Source: Gemmatimonadales bacterium UBA2975
GTDB taxonomy: Bacteria > Gemmatimonadota > Gemmatimonadetes > Longimicrobiales > Gaopeijiaceae
DNA length: 64,000 nucleotides
Assembly (NCBI GenBank): GCA_002348265.1
Contig: DEAT01000022.1
Coordinates: 131,792 to 195,791 of the forward strand
Direction of reading: 5' to 3'
The position numbers were made by a program, and so were the translations under genes. Positions 37,533 to 47,047 of the stretch are shown one piece after another (the first letter of the stretch is position 1; each line of letters starts with the position of its first letter). The notes under the pieces were generated by a model. The model was not told the origin of the DNA, did no database searches, and saw nothing but the letters and a program-made list of their open reading frames with translations.

Positions 37533-37715
37533 ATGCGATGTGTGCACCATCGTGTCACGGGTAACCGACGAGGGTCGCAGTTTTATCTTTGCAGCCTCGC
37601 CATGACTGATCCACGTCTACGAAAGTATCCGAGCTTGCCCGTCCTTCGTTGCGAGGGCTTCGAGTTAGATGAACAATCCAATGATAAAGGGAGAGAAAAC
37701 GAATCTCATGAATGA
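37533..37715 (+). CDS. Small (60 aa) Cys/His-containing conserved-looking hypothetical protein
   Basis: The translation is MRCVHHRVTGNRRGSQFYLCSLAMTDPRLRKYPSLPVLRCEGFE..., with Cys3, His5/6, Cys20 and Cys40. Its stop (37713-37715) overlaps the downstream ATG 37708 region. From memory it resembles an uncharacterised 'YP..PV..C.G' small-protein family. Confidence 0.45.
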   Translation: MRCVHHRVTGNRRGSQFYLCSLAMTDPRLRKYPSLPVLRCEGFELDEQSNDKGRENESHE

Positions 37716-38175
37716 AACATCTCTATACGTAACACGGGCTACCGTCGAAAAAATCGACGGGCTGCACCGTCGAGGAGTGCTGGAGGATGGGACCACGCTC
37801 GAGTTTGGAGTGCACGGCCCCATCAAGGCACACTACGGACTGGAGTCCCAGCCCAATCTGCCGCTGCCGGTCGATTATTTGGTGGCCGCAGCTGCTGGCT
37901 GACTACTCGGAACATTAAATGGCGCACTGGAGGTGCGCGGGATACCAGTTTCGGACGGCGACATCAGTTGCACGGTGGAAGGGATGAACGAAGTCGTGGA
38001 TAGGATCATCCTCCTAACAAAGATCCACGTCCACTATACGCTCCGGCTGCCGCCAGAGGCTTCGGAGGACAGAGTGTCTCGGGCGTTGGAGACTCATGTG
38101 AGCAAGTGTCCGACGGCTCAGTCGATCAAGGACTCAGTGGAGATCTCCTGGTCAGTGGAGTTTGTCGGAGGTTAG
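37708..38175 (+). CDS. OsmC/Ohr-family peroxiredoxin-like protein with in-frame UGA (candidate selenocysteine, codon 65)
   Basis: Track ORFs 37669-37902 and 37933-38175 are in the same frame, separated only by TGA 37900-37902. The read-through gives ...PVDYLVAAAAG-U-LLGTLNGALEVRGIP...THVSKCPTAQSI.... This matches the OsmC pattern (LL.AALA.C....L ... CPV), with the UGA at the first catalytic Cys and the second Cys retained (38107-38109). AAGGGAG lies ~12 nt upstream of ATG 37708. Confidence 0.7.
37922..37938 (+). promoter_or_regulatory. Candidate bacterial SECIS hairpin
   Basis: The hairpin is GCGCAC-uggag-GUGCGC, a perfect 6-bp GC-rich stem with a G-containing 5-nt loop. The stem starts 19 nt and the loop 25 nt after the UGA, within the usual window for bacterial SECIS elements. 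Confidence 0.5.
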
Positions 38176-38284
38176 TTCTCAGTGAGACTAGGAGCCATTC
38201 GTTTAGTAGGAGGGTAGTTATCACATGGTGATGAGGTGAAACCGAAAGCGCGCCGTATTGGCCAAGGCCCCCTTTTCCTAGGGT

Positions 38285-39775
38285 TTAGGCGTGGCCGGCT
38301 TGAGGTCCTTTCAGAACTGCGTTTCGCACCTGGTCAATGATTAGGTCGACTTCTTCTGAGGTTATTTGAAAGTGAGGTGTAAATCGCAACGAGTTTTCGC
38401 CTCCGTGGACGACTCCTATGCCCTTCGTTCGCATGAATTCTTCGAGACTGTCCGTTCCGTATGCCTTAAAGCGAGGGTCTAGCTCACAGGAAAAGAGCAG
38501 TCCAGTACCTTCAACGTTGGTTATTGCACCTTCGAGTTCCACTGAAAGCGCCTTGAGCTTCTCGACGAACTCTTCACCACGCTCGACGATATTCTTTCTA
38601 ATCTCTGGTGTTACCATATCCAGGACAGCTGTGCCGATGTCCATGGCCCTAGGGTTGGCGGTCATTGTGTTCCCGTAGATGCCTTTTCGGTATAGCTCGG
38701 AAGCACCGGGTGTCATCGCAAGGATCGATAGGGGATACTGACCGGCATTTAGGGCCTTGGAGTAGGTCTCCATGTCCGGTGCCTCGAGGTTTTGAAATCC
38801 GGGGTAGTCGATGACTGATAGGTAGCCCGTTGAGCGCAGGCCTGCTTGGATGGAGTCGACCAGGAGCACCGACCCATGTTCTTTAGTCAGCTCTCTAGCG
38901 GCTATATAGAACTCGGGGGTGATCGCTACACCCGGATTTCCCTCCCCCATAACAGGTTCTATAAAGAGCGCCTCAATGAAGTAACCCTCTGCATCTGCTT
39001 TGGCGAAGTGGGTTTCGAGATCTCCGATGTCGTTCGGCTCGACGGTTAACAGTTCTTCTGTCCGGAATGACGCTAGGTATTTGCCATAAGAGCCACGACA
39101 GGAGTCGGAGAACATTGCGGGTCTCCCCGTGCGTCCATGGAATCCTCCGGAGAGTGACATCTTCTTTACTGACTTCCCAGCGTGTCGCCCGCCTTCGTCC
39201 GTCAGGATCTTCGCGTTGACGTCTGCAATCCGTGTAGCAACTGAAACCGACTCTGAGCCGGAATTCATTGCGACGAAGTGAGAGAATGGGCACCCTCCGT
39301 CATGGGTCTGGCCGATTTCTCGGGCGAGCGCTTTAGAGAGTTTGAGCTGGGCGAAGCTAGGCGTCATAACGTTTGCCATCACCTGTGGCTTCGTCATCGC
39401 AGCAATGATTGGTTCGGGAACGTGCCCGAAGCCAAGCATGCCATAGCCGCCATTGTCATGAAGAACAGCGCCCTTTGTAGTGATTATCCACGGCCCTCGC
39501 GCTGCCATCGAAACGTATGGATTCACCGTGTCATCTGCGTAGAAGTTTACTAGGTGTTTCTCAATAGCTTCTACCTGCTCCATTTCACCGAGCTTCATAA
39601 GCTCAGGGAATTCACGGCTGAGCACTCCAAATTCTTTTGTCGCCGCGTTGACTGCTTCAACTAGATCTGGATCGCGCGAGACAAATTGACACACGGTGTC
39701 GTTGTCTAGGCCTGTTGTCCGAGCCTCGCCGGACTGCTCACGAATGGTTTTGAGCTGATCAAGGACACCGGCCAC
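38285..39775 (-). CDS. Class-III pyridoxal-phosphate-dependent aminotransferase
   Basis: NSGSESV, LLVDSIQAGLRSTG and the PLP-lysine context YSKALNAGQYPLS are present. The 496-aa protein has an N-terminal extension, and its substrate cannot be determined from the sequence. Confidence 0.82.
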   Translation of the reverse strand: MAGVLDQLKTIREQSGEARTTGLDNDTVCQFVSRDPDLVEAVNAATKEFGVLSREFPELMKLGEMEQVEAIEKHLVNFYADDTVNPYVSMAARGPWIITTKGAVLHDNGGYGMLGFGHVPEPIIAAMTKPQVMANVMTPSFAQLKLSKALAREIGQTHDGGCPFSHFVAMNSGSESVSVATRIADVNAKILTDEGGRHAGKSVKKMSLSGGFHGRTGRPAMFSDSCRGSYGKYLASFRTEELLTVEPNDIGDLETHFAKADAEGYFIEALFIEPVMGEGNPGVAITPEFYIAARELTKEHGSVLLVDSIQAGLRSTGYLSVIDYPGFQNLEAPDMETYSKALNAGQYPLSILAMTPGASELYRKGIYGNTMTANPRAMDIGTAVLDMVTPEIRKNIVERGEEFVEKLKALSVELEGAITNVEGTGLLFSCELDPRFKAYGTDSLEEFMRTKGIGVVHGGENSLRFTPHFQITSEEVDLIIDQVRNAVLKGPQAGHA

Positions 39776-39892
39776 AGAGCACCTCTCAAGGATCAGGGTT
39801 GGTTAGAATTAGGGAAGAAATTTTGCAGCAAACTAGGTTACTTGGGGAGAGGGCACAGGCCCAGCTCTAATGTCGGCATACACAATTCAAGT

Positions 39893-40978
39893 CTAGCAGT
39901 GCCATCGGTCGTGCTCGGGTGATTGTTCTTGTCGGGCAACTTGCTTCAACCTGCCGGGGTCACCTACAGATTCAGATCTGGAGAGCTCGGTATGGTAGGG
40001 CGATATCGATTCCGATGCATTCACCTCCCGTCTTCTAGAGGTAGTTCCTGCATATTCGACGTCCTCTAAAAAGCTTGAGAGAATCGAAAAGGATTCACCC
40101 GGCGCTTCCTCTGGCGGGATATGACCGCACTGCTGGATTGTGACGAGCCTGGCATCCGGCAGCTCTTCAGCGAGGCGTTCGCCGACCCAATAGGGTACGA
40201 CTTTTTCGTTGGCTCCCCACATGAGAAGAGTAGGGACGTCGATTTCTGAAATTCTGTCAGAAATGTGCCTAGTTCCGCTGACGAGAATGCTGCGGCCTGT
40301 GGCGAGAGCAGCGTCCACTCCGGGTCTTGTTCTGAGGGGAAGAGCATAAGCGTCGACCATTTCTGAGGTGATCACACCTGGATCATGGACTATTGAGTGC
40401 AAAATCCAGCGGACGAGACGCTGTGGGCCGAGGGTGTGTACTAAGAAGCGACTCAGTCGGACATTACGTGATAGCGGAATAAAGGGTGATAATCGTTGGC
40501 TGTATGCCAGAGAAGAAACTAGCACAAGGCAATCCAGGCGCTTTTCCGCGCGCCTGCAGAGCTCTTTCGAGACGAGTAGGGCGATTCCACCCCCTAGGGA
40601 GTGTCCTACCAGCGTGACACGCCCAAGTCCGAGCTGATCAACCAGCTGCACTAGAGTCTTGGCCTGATCTGTGAGCTCATAAGAATCCGAAGAGGGCTTG
40701 GGTGCGGCACCGAAGCCCTTGTAATCCACGCACAAAACTCGGCCACGCTTTGCTAGTTTGGGTGCCCAGTGTCGCCAAGTGAACGAAGATGCGCCGAAGC
40801 CGTGTAGCATCAAGAAGGTGGCCCCTGAGGGTGACCCCATCTCGATCTCAGTGACATGCAACGGAAGGTCGATGTCGAGTGGACGTCCGTCGATGAAGGG
40901 GGAGGTGCTCACGATTCTATCCTTAGCTGGGTTCTCTCTGCAGTGGCCTGGCTTTATGCGGGCGTCGGAATGAGACAC
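39893..40978 (-). CDS. Alpha/beta hydrolase fold protein
   Basis: The oxyanion motif is LMLHGFGAS, the nucleophile elbow is GHSLGG, and the C-terminal catalytic His is in CGHIPPEE. Confidence 0.8.
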   Translation of the reverse strand: MSHSDARIKPGHCRENPAKDRIVSTSPFIDGRPLDIDLPLHVTEIEMGSPSGATFLMLHGFGASSFTWRHWAPKLAKRGRVLCVDYKGFGAAPKPSSDSYELTDQAKTLVQLVDQLGLGRVTLVGHSLGGGIALLVSKELCRRAEKRLDCLVLVSSLAYSQRLSPFIPLSRNVRLSRFLVHTLGPQRLVRWILHSIVHDPGVITSEMVDAYALPLRTRPGVDAALATGRSILVSGTRHISDRISEIDVPTLLMWGANEKVVPYWVGERLAEELPDARLVTIQQCGHIPPEEAPGESFSILSSFLEDVEYAGTTSRRREVNASESISPYHTELSRSESVGDPGRLKQVARQEQSPEHDRWHC

Positions 40979-41258
40979 TCAGTATAGACCAATCCTCTTC
41001 ATGTCGTGGCGAATTCATTTCCTATTCGCTGCTCAACGGGCTCGAGATCAGGATGCTCAGGCCTGCGCATGAAGCGTTGTCCGATTTCGTTTTGGAGGCT
41101 CAATCTCTGCCAGTTTTGAGAAAATTCACGGAGGCCGCTCCTGATCGACCGTGGATCGGTTATGTTTCTGGCCAAATAATTCGCCAGTAATTTTCAGTTA
41201 CCGTCTCCAGTACCCTCTGTCGCGCGCGCCGCGTTTTTCCGGCCGCGAGAAGAACTAC

Positions 41259-44200
41259 ATGAGCGACATTACGGCGGCGGCTCCTAGCCGACTCCGCGAG
41301 ATAGCACCGACAATCAATGCGGTTCGTAGTTATCTAAAGTCCAGTCCCGATGGAGCATCGGAACTCCTACTCGACTTTGCCGAGCTTTTTCTCTCTCGAG
41401 CCCCGGATGAGCTCCTGGTGCATCGGAGCACAAAAGACCTCGCGTCGATGACCCGTGGAGCGTTCCGTTTCTTGGAACAGTCCCGACCGGATCAAGTTGA
41501 CGTGGCCGTAGCCAATGCCGACGAAGACGAAGAGGAGTGGGAAGCTCCCGTTACGGTGATTCGCACAAATGTTAGCGAGCGACCGTTCATTATAGACTCG
41601 ATCCGGGAATACCTAGCTCTTAAAAGCTTGGCGGTCGAGCGCATGGTATATCCGATGCTTGATGTAGACCGCGACGATAACGGTCGGGTAACGGCAATGC
41701 GCTTTCCGACGGACACTGGCAGCACTGAGTCGGTAGTGCACTGTGAGGTCGAACGTATCGGAGACTCAGATAGGCTAGACGAGCTGCGCTTGGATCTGAG
41801 TGCTAGTCTCCGAGACGTGGTCAAGGCCACGGACGACTTCTTGCCGATGCTGAGCGCTCTCGACCGGGTAGTGACAGCCGTTGGTGAGAATGCGGCTAAT
41901 CTTGGTGAGCGGGCTCATGAGTTCGAAGAAATCAAAGACTTCCTGCTTTGGCTCAAGCACGGCGGGTTCGTTTTCCTCGGCTATAGAGGTTATGACCTTC
42001 TAAGCGATCAGGTCGCTGGCGAACAGTTGATAGTTGTGGAGCCTGGCTCTGGCTTGGGCCTGCTTCGGAATGAGGGGGATTCGCGTTTCGCGGAGCCGAT
42101 ACCAGTCTCCGGATTGGCACCTGGAATGAGAGAGCGGGCGTTAGGCGGGCCTGTTCTCATCGTCAATAAGACTAACGCTGAATCGACCGTGCACCGTCGT
42201 GCACGGATGGATTACGTGGGGATTAAGAAACTGGACAGTGAGGGAATAGTAGTCGGAGAGCATCGATTCATTGGTCTGTTCACGTCCAAAGTTTATTCTG
42301 AGCCGGCTGCCAATATCCCGCTTTTGAGAGATAAGTTGAGTCGGATTCTTGATGCGGAGGGTGTGCGAGAGGGCTCTCATGACTACAAAGAGATAATCAC
42401 GATCTTTGATAGTCTGCCGAAGGAAGAACTCTTCCTTTCTTCGCCGGAAGAACTACGAGATGACGTCCGGGCCGTTTTGACAGCCTACAGCGGTAGGGGT
42501 GTGAGGGTGGTACTGCGCAGAGATCCTCATAACCGGGGGCTCTCTGTGATGGTGATATTGCCCCGTGATCGCTTTTCAGGAAGCGTGCGAAAGCAGATCG
42601 AAGAAGCATTGGTCGAGGAATATCACTGTGAGGTGTTGAACTACCACTTGGCGATAGGCGGCGGAGACCAAGCACGACTCCACTTTTATCTCGATGCCAA
42701 AGAAGACCGCGTGGCCGGAGTCCGCTCAGAGGATCTCGAACAAACAGTAGCTGCAATCATTCGCACATGGGCCGACAGAGTGAGTGAAGGCCTAGAGAAG
42801 GTTGTCTCAGGTGAAGAGGCTAGAGATCTAGCCCTGCTATACGAAGAGGCAATGAGCCGCGAATACCAGGCAGCTTTGGACCCCGCGATAGCTGTTGCTG
42901 ATATCTGCGAGCTCGAACGTATGGCGCGCGAAGAGGAGGTGGTGTCTGTCGGGTTCACTAATCGAGAAGAAAATGAAGCGGTGGCTGGGGTAGTAGGTGC
43001 TACCGAACTGAAGCTTTTCCTGCGTGGCGAGCGTCTCGTGCTGTCAGATTTTATGCCGATATTGGAGAACGCAGGTCTGCGCGTGGTGGCGATGAAGCCT
43101 TACGAGGTCGGGACCAACGGCGCTCCGAATGCGACTATATACGTCTTTGCCGTCCAAGATCAGGAAGGGAATGCGCTAGAAGTCGAGAGCTGCGGCAAGC
43201 TGCTTTCGGAAACACTACTTGCGGCGAGAGCTGGTGAAACAGTTTCAGACCCTCTTAACGCTCTTGTCGTTAGTGCTGGGTTGCACTGGCGAGAAGTAGA
43301 TGCTCTTAGGGGTTTGGCTGGGCACGTTTTTCAATCAGGGGCCGTTCCAAGTCGGCTGGCTCTCTCGCACGCTCTGGTCCAGTACCCGGGCATAGCGCGT
43401 CGTCTCTTTGCGATGTTCCGAACGAAGTTCGACCCGGGAATGGAGGCGTCTCTCGACGAGCGCTTAGCAGCGTTGGTCGTGATGCGTAACACCTTCCATG
43501 GCTTACTTCGTAGTGTGACCCTCCTCGATGATGACCGTGCGCTGCGCCGCCTTGAGGAAACGATCTCGAGGACAGTTCGGACTAACTACTACAGGGTGGG
43601 GGGAAGGACTCCGACAGTACGTTCTGGTGGAGTCCCTTATACCTCATACAAGGTACTAGTCGGAGACGTTCAGTACTCACGACCGACCGATCTATTATTC
43701 GAAGTGTGGGTCCACTCTGCTCGCATGGAAGGAGTTCACCTTCGCGGCTCTTTCGTGGCCAGAGGTGGCGTTAGGTGGAGTGATCGTCCGGATGACTTTC
43801 GTACCGAGATTCTTGGTCTAGCTAACACTCAGATGATCAAGAATGCTGTGATCGTGCCAGGTGGGTCTAAGGGTGGCTTTGTCATGAGATCCACTCCGTT
43901 GGATACCGAAGATCGCTGGGAGGAAGGGCGCCAGCAATATCAGACTCTGATTCGTGGTTTGCTCGACCTCACGGACAACATCGTTGAAGGTAGTGATGTC
44001 GCCCCTAATGAAGTGATAGCCTACGATCCTTCGGACCCATACTTAGTTGTGGCTGCTGACAAGGGAACCGCGACGTTCTCGGATCTAGCCAATACGGTCT
44101 CTGAGGATTACGGATTTTGGCTGGATGATGCTTTCGCTTCGGGTGGTTCAAATGGATACGACCACAAGGAAGTCGGAATAACAGCTCGAGGAGGTTGGGA

Positions 44201-46190
44201 GTGTGTGAGACGGCACTTCAAGGAAAAGGGCAAGGATATTCAGACTGAGCCCTTTACCGCTGTCGGGATAGGAGACATGAGTGGGGACGTGTTTGGCAAT
44301 GGCATGCTTTTATCGGAGCAGATCAAGCTAGTTGCTGCCTTCGACCATAGGCACGTTTTCATTGACCCGGACCCGGATCCTGTTACGGCGTATGCCGAGC
44401 GTAAGCGGTTGTTTGACCTTGGGCGGTCGAGCTGGGAGGACTATGACCAAGAGTTGCTTAGCGAGGGTGGAATGGTTGTTCCTCGCGGTGCGAAAGAAGT
44501 TGATCTGACACCTCAGGCCAAGCGTGCTTTAGGAGTGGATGAGGATGAGGCCCCTCCAGTCGATGGAGAGGCGCTGATACGAGCGGTTCTTGGTGCACCG
44601 GTAGAGTTGCTTTGGAACGGGGGGATCGGGACGTACGTGAAGTCTGCCTCCGAGGCACACGCTGATGCCGGTGACCCCGCGAACGATGCGGTCCGGCTTA
44701 ACGCAGAGCAGCTACGTTGCGACGTTATTGGAGAGGGTGGGAATCTTGGTCTTACCCAGCGTGCGAGAATCGAGTATGCGCGTCTTGGTGGCCGAATTAA
44801 CACGGATGCTCTCGATAATTCGGGTGGCGTCGATATGTCGGATCACGAGGTCAACCTTAAAATCCTCCTGATGCCCGCGGTGAAATCCGGGTCTCTGGAG
44901 CAGGAAAAGCGCAATGACTTACTGGAGGAGCTCACCGAAGAAGTTGCAGAGCTGGTGCTGGCAAACAACCGGTCACAGAGTCTTGGCATATCTTTAGATG
45001 AACGGCGATCTAAAGAATCCATTGACGAGTTTCGGGATCTCATGCTTTCTCTGGAGAAAGTTGGTGAGCTAGATCGAGCGGCCGAAGAGCTCCCATCCAC
45101 CGATGTTATCATTGAGAGAAGGGATCGGGGGCAGGGGATGGCACGTCCCGAACTGTGTGTTCTTTTTGCGTATGCGAAACTTTCGCTGAAAGCGCAGTTG
45201 CTTTCGAGCAGTCTCCCGGATGATCCGGTCACGGAGGGTTATCTCTTAGGGTACTTCCCTCCGAAGGCAATCAAGGTGGCTGGTAAGGATAACCTTTTTC
45301 AGCATCGGCTGCGTCGGGAGATAGTAACTGCCGAACTGACCAACGACTTAGTTGATCTTATGGGATCAGCATTCGTTTCTCGCATGGTTCGGGATACTGG
45401 CTGTTCATCCGAAGACGTGGTTCGGTCTTGGCTCGTGGCGTCTCGACTTGCGGGTCACCGAGCTCTCATGGAGCAAATGGAGCAGCAGGCGAGTTCTGTA
45501 AATGCCCGTGTCTCATATCGATGGCTTCTCGGCCTGGCCAGAGTATTAGAGCGGACTACGCGGTGGATGCTTCAGAATATCGACCGGGACCAGTCTGCGG
45601 GGGATATCGTCAAGCAAAATCTCTCCGGTTTGAGGTCACTTCGAGACGCCTTTGGTGACGTTGTTCGCGGAGAAGAAGGGACTCTCTTTGAGGCTCGTGT
45701 TAATGAGATTCAGGAACTCGGCGCAGAAGCGGCGTTCTCGCGGCGGCTCATCGCCCTACGGTTCCTTGATCAGCACTTGGAGATCCTCGGCATAGCCCGA
45801 GAGGCCGGTACTGATCCGATCTCTACGGGGCATGCGTTTTATCAGGCGTCTGAGTCCTTCGAGATTCCATGGCTGCGCCGTCGGAGCTTTGCATCGGCTG
45901 GAGATGATCCGTGGGAGTTGAGAGCGGCTCAGGTGCTTTCTGATGACTTGGCTAAAGCGCATAGGCGTATTGTGACAGGGATGCTGGCTTGTCATCAGGG
46001 GGCGGGTGGTGAGGGCACTGACTATGTGGGATTTGTGCGATCTTCGGATCTCAGTCGGTTTCGGGATATCGTGGAAGAATTAAAGGCGGAAGAGAGTGTT
46101 GGACTAGCAGCACTATCGGTAGCGGCGCGTGAATTAGCAGCCGTGGCGGATGGCATGTTTGAGAAGCCGGGACTGAGTGATCTCAGATGA
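41259..46190 (+). CDS. gdhB: Large (about 1640 aa) NAD-specific glutamate dehydrogenase (Bac_GDH family)
   Basis: The catalytic block is VIVPGGSKGGFV and the dinucleotide-binding block is GIGDMSGDVFGNGMLLS; DGGNLG-type EGGNLGLTQ is also present. The length and overall architecture fit the 180-kDa class. The start was moved to ATG 41259 (MSDITAAAP...). Confidence 0.9.
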   Translation: MSDITAAAPSRLREIAPTINAVRSYLKSSPDGASELLLDFAELFLSRAPDELLVHRSTKDLASMTRGAFRFLEQSRPDQVDVAVANADEDEEEWEAPVTVIRTNVSERPFIIDSIREYLALKSLAVERMVYPMLDVDRDDNGRVTAMRFPTDTGSTESVVHCEVERIGDSDRLDELRLDLSASLRDVVKATDDFLPMLSALDRVVTAVGENAANLGERAHEFEEIKDFLLWLKHGGFVFLGYRGYDLLSDQVAGEQLIVVEPGSGLGLLRNEGDSRFAEPIPVSGLAPGMRERALGGPVLIVNKTNAESTVHRRARMDYVGIKKLDSEGIVVGEHRFIGLFTSKVYSEPAANIPLLRDKLSRILDAEGVREGSHDYKEIITIFDSLPKEELFLSSPEELRDDVRAVLTAYSGRGVRVVLRRDPHNRGLSVMVILPRDRFSGSVRKQIEEALVEEYHCEVLNYHLAIGGGDQARLHFYLDAKEDRVAGVRSEDLEQTVAAIIRTWADRVSEGLEKVVSGEEARDLALLYEEAMSREYQAALDPAIAVADICELERMAREEEVVSVGFTNREENEAVAGVVGATELKLFLRGERLVLSDFMPILENAGLRVVAMKPYEVGTNGAPNATIYVFAVQDQEGNALEVESCGKLLSETLLAARAGETVSDPLNALVVSAGLHWREVDALRGLAGHVFQSGAVPSRLALSHALVQYPGIARRLFAMFRTKFDPGMEASLDERLAALVVMRNTFHGLLRSVTLLDDDRALRRLEETISRTVRTNYYRVGGRTPTVRSGGVPYTSYKVLVGDVQYSRPTDLLFEVWVHSARMEGVHLRGSFVARGGVRWSDRPDDFRTEILGLANTQMIKNAVIVPGGSKGGFVMRSTPLDTEDRWEEGRQQYQTLIRGLLDLTDNIVEGSDVAPNEVIAYDPSDPYLVVAADKGTATFSDLANTVSEDYGFWLDDAFASGGSNGYDHKEVGITARGGWECVRRHFKEKGKDIQTEPFTAVGIGDMSGDVFGNGMLLSEQIKLVAAFDHRHVFIDPDPDPVTAYAERKRLFDLGRSSWEDYDQELLSEGGMVVPRGAKEVDLTPQAKRALGVDEDEAPPVDGEALIRAVLGAPVELLWNGGIGTYVKSASEAHADAGDPANDAVRLNAEQLRCDVIGEGGNLGLTQRARIEYARLGGRINTDALDNSGGVDMSDHEVNLKILLMPAVKSGSLEQEKRNDLLEELTEEVAELVLANNRSQSLGISLDERRSKESIDEFRDLMLSLEKVGELDRAAEELPSTDVIIERRDRGQGMARPELCVLFAYAKLSLKAQLLSSSLPDDPVTEGYLLGYFPPKAIKVAGKDNLFQHRLRREIVTAELTNDLVDLMGSAFVSRMVRDTGCSSEDVVRSWLVASRLAGHRALMEQMEQQASSVNARVSYRWLLGLARVLERTTRWMLQNIDRDQSAGDIVKQNLSGLRSLRDAFGDVVRGEEGTLFEARVNEIQELGAEAAFSRRLIALRFLDQHLEILGIAREAGTDPISTGHAFYQASESFEIPWLRRRSFASAGDDPWELRAAQVLSDDLAKAHRRIVTGMLACHQGAGGEGTDYVGFVRSSDLSRFRDIVEELKAEESVGLAALSVAARELAAVADGMFEKPGLSDLR

Positions 46191-47020
46191 GAGTGGTGAT
46201 GGCGGGGTTTCCTTATGCGGTTTGCGTTCGCATCACGATGCTCCAGATCGCGTTAATGTCCCTGGTTGTGCAGAGAGCGGATGCTCAGGTTGAGATATCG
46301 CCGAATGCTTCTCAGCCACTGGCGTACCTAGAGGGACAGATAGTGGATAGCGTCTCGGGTGATCCTATCCCTGGTGTTCTAGTGCGGACGGATAGTGGGC
46401 ACGAAGCGTTTACTGACCCGTTGGGTCGCTTCGAGCTCACAGGATTGCCAGAGGGGAAAAGGCTTTTGGCCTTGATGACAGAAGACTGTAGGATCACATG
46501 GGGACAGGTGACGGTCGTGGAGAGGTTCCCTAGGGACGTTCTCTTCCGGCTTCCACCGGCGTTTGGAGCAAGGGCGCAAGAAGAACAGAGGGAGGCCGAA
46601 GATCGCCAGCGCACGACAGGTCGGCGGCTGGAAGCACACCATATCCAAGACATAGAGGCTCGCGATGTGATGGAGCTTGTCCGCAGGTTGGCGCCTAATA
46701 TGGTGAGTCCCATGACCGGCGCGGTTGGCGCTACATCTAGCTTCCGGCCCGCACGTGGACGCTCAACGTCGGTCCCAGACCCACCAGTGCTACTTATAGA
46801 TGGTGTTAGGACGCCAGGTGCCGAAGGAATGCTTTCTCAGATGCGCCCGAGTGAAGTTGAGGTCATAGAGGTTCAGCCGGGTGCGGCTGCTGGATGGGAG
46901 TATGGGTCTTCGGGTGCGAGCGGAGTGATCAAGATTACCCTGAAAAAGGGGCTGGCCTCGGGCGCTCTAGACCGTCCACTCTCCTCTCCTTGCCTAGTCC
47001 CGGGGTTTCCACGGCATTAG
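46187..47020 (+). CDS. Stand-alone CarboxypepD_reg plus TonB-receptor plug-like protein (no beta-barrel)
   Basis: GQIVDSVSGDPIPGVLVRTDSG...GRFELTGLPEG is a CarboxypepD_reg segment. VMELVRRLAPNM ... VLLIDGVRT ... SEVEVIEVQPGAAAGWEYGSSGASGVIKITLKKG is a plug-like segment. The ATG overlaps the gdh stop (ATGA, 46187-46190); later in-frame starts are possible. Confidence 0.62.
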   Translation: MRVVMAGFPYAVCVRITMLQIALMSLVVQRADAQVEISPNASQPLAYLEGQIVDSVSGDPIPGVLVRTDSGHEAFTDPLGRFELTGLPEGKRLLALMTEDCRITWGQVTVVERFPRDVLFRLPPAFGARAQEEQREAEDRQRTTGRRLEAHHIQDIEARDVMELVRRLAPNMVSPMTGAVGATSSFRPARGRSTSVPDPPVLLIDGVRTPGAEGMLSQMRPSEVEVIEVQPGAAAGWEYGSSGASGVIKITLKKGLASGALDRPLSSPCLVPGFPRH

Positions 47021-47047
47021 GGGAGCGCTCCTGATCGCTGCGCGCGA

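Noticed and set aside
37669-38175. Reading 37669-37902 and 37933-38175 as two independent small genes, or as a nonsense-mutated OsmC pseudogene
   Set aside because: Both pieces are in one frame, and neither alone forms a complete OsmC fold. The stop is a TGA exactly at the catalytic-Cys column, and a GC hairpin sits at SECIS distance. A pseudogene or sequencing error cannot be fully excluded without reads and the genome's sel genes, so the Sec call carries only moderate confidence.
41151-41258. Long N-terminal extensions proposed by the ORF track: GDH from 41151, the DUF1028 gene from 59872, RidA to 11220, rsgA from 5446, and the lipoprotein to 53089
   Set aside because: The extensions begin at non-ATG codons or overlap neighbouring genes or terminator-like hairpins. 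They encode non-conserved-looking sequence ahead of obvious native N-termini or signal peptides, so the internal ATG starts were preferred.
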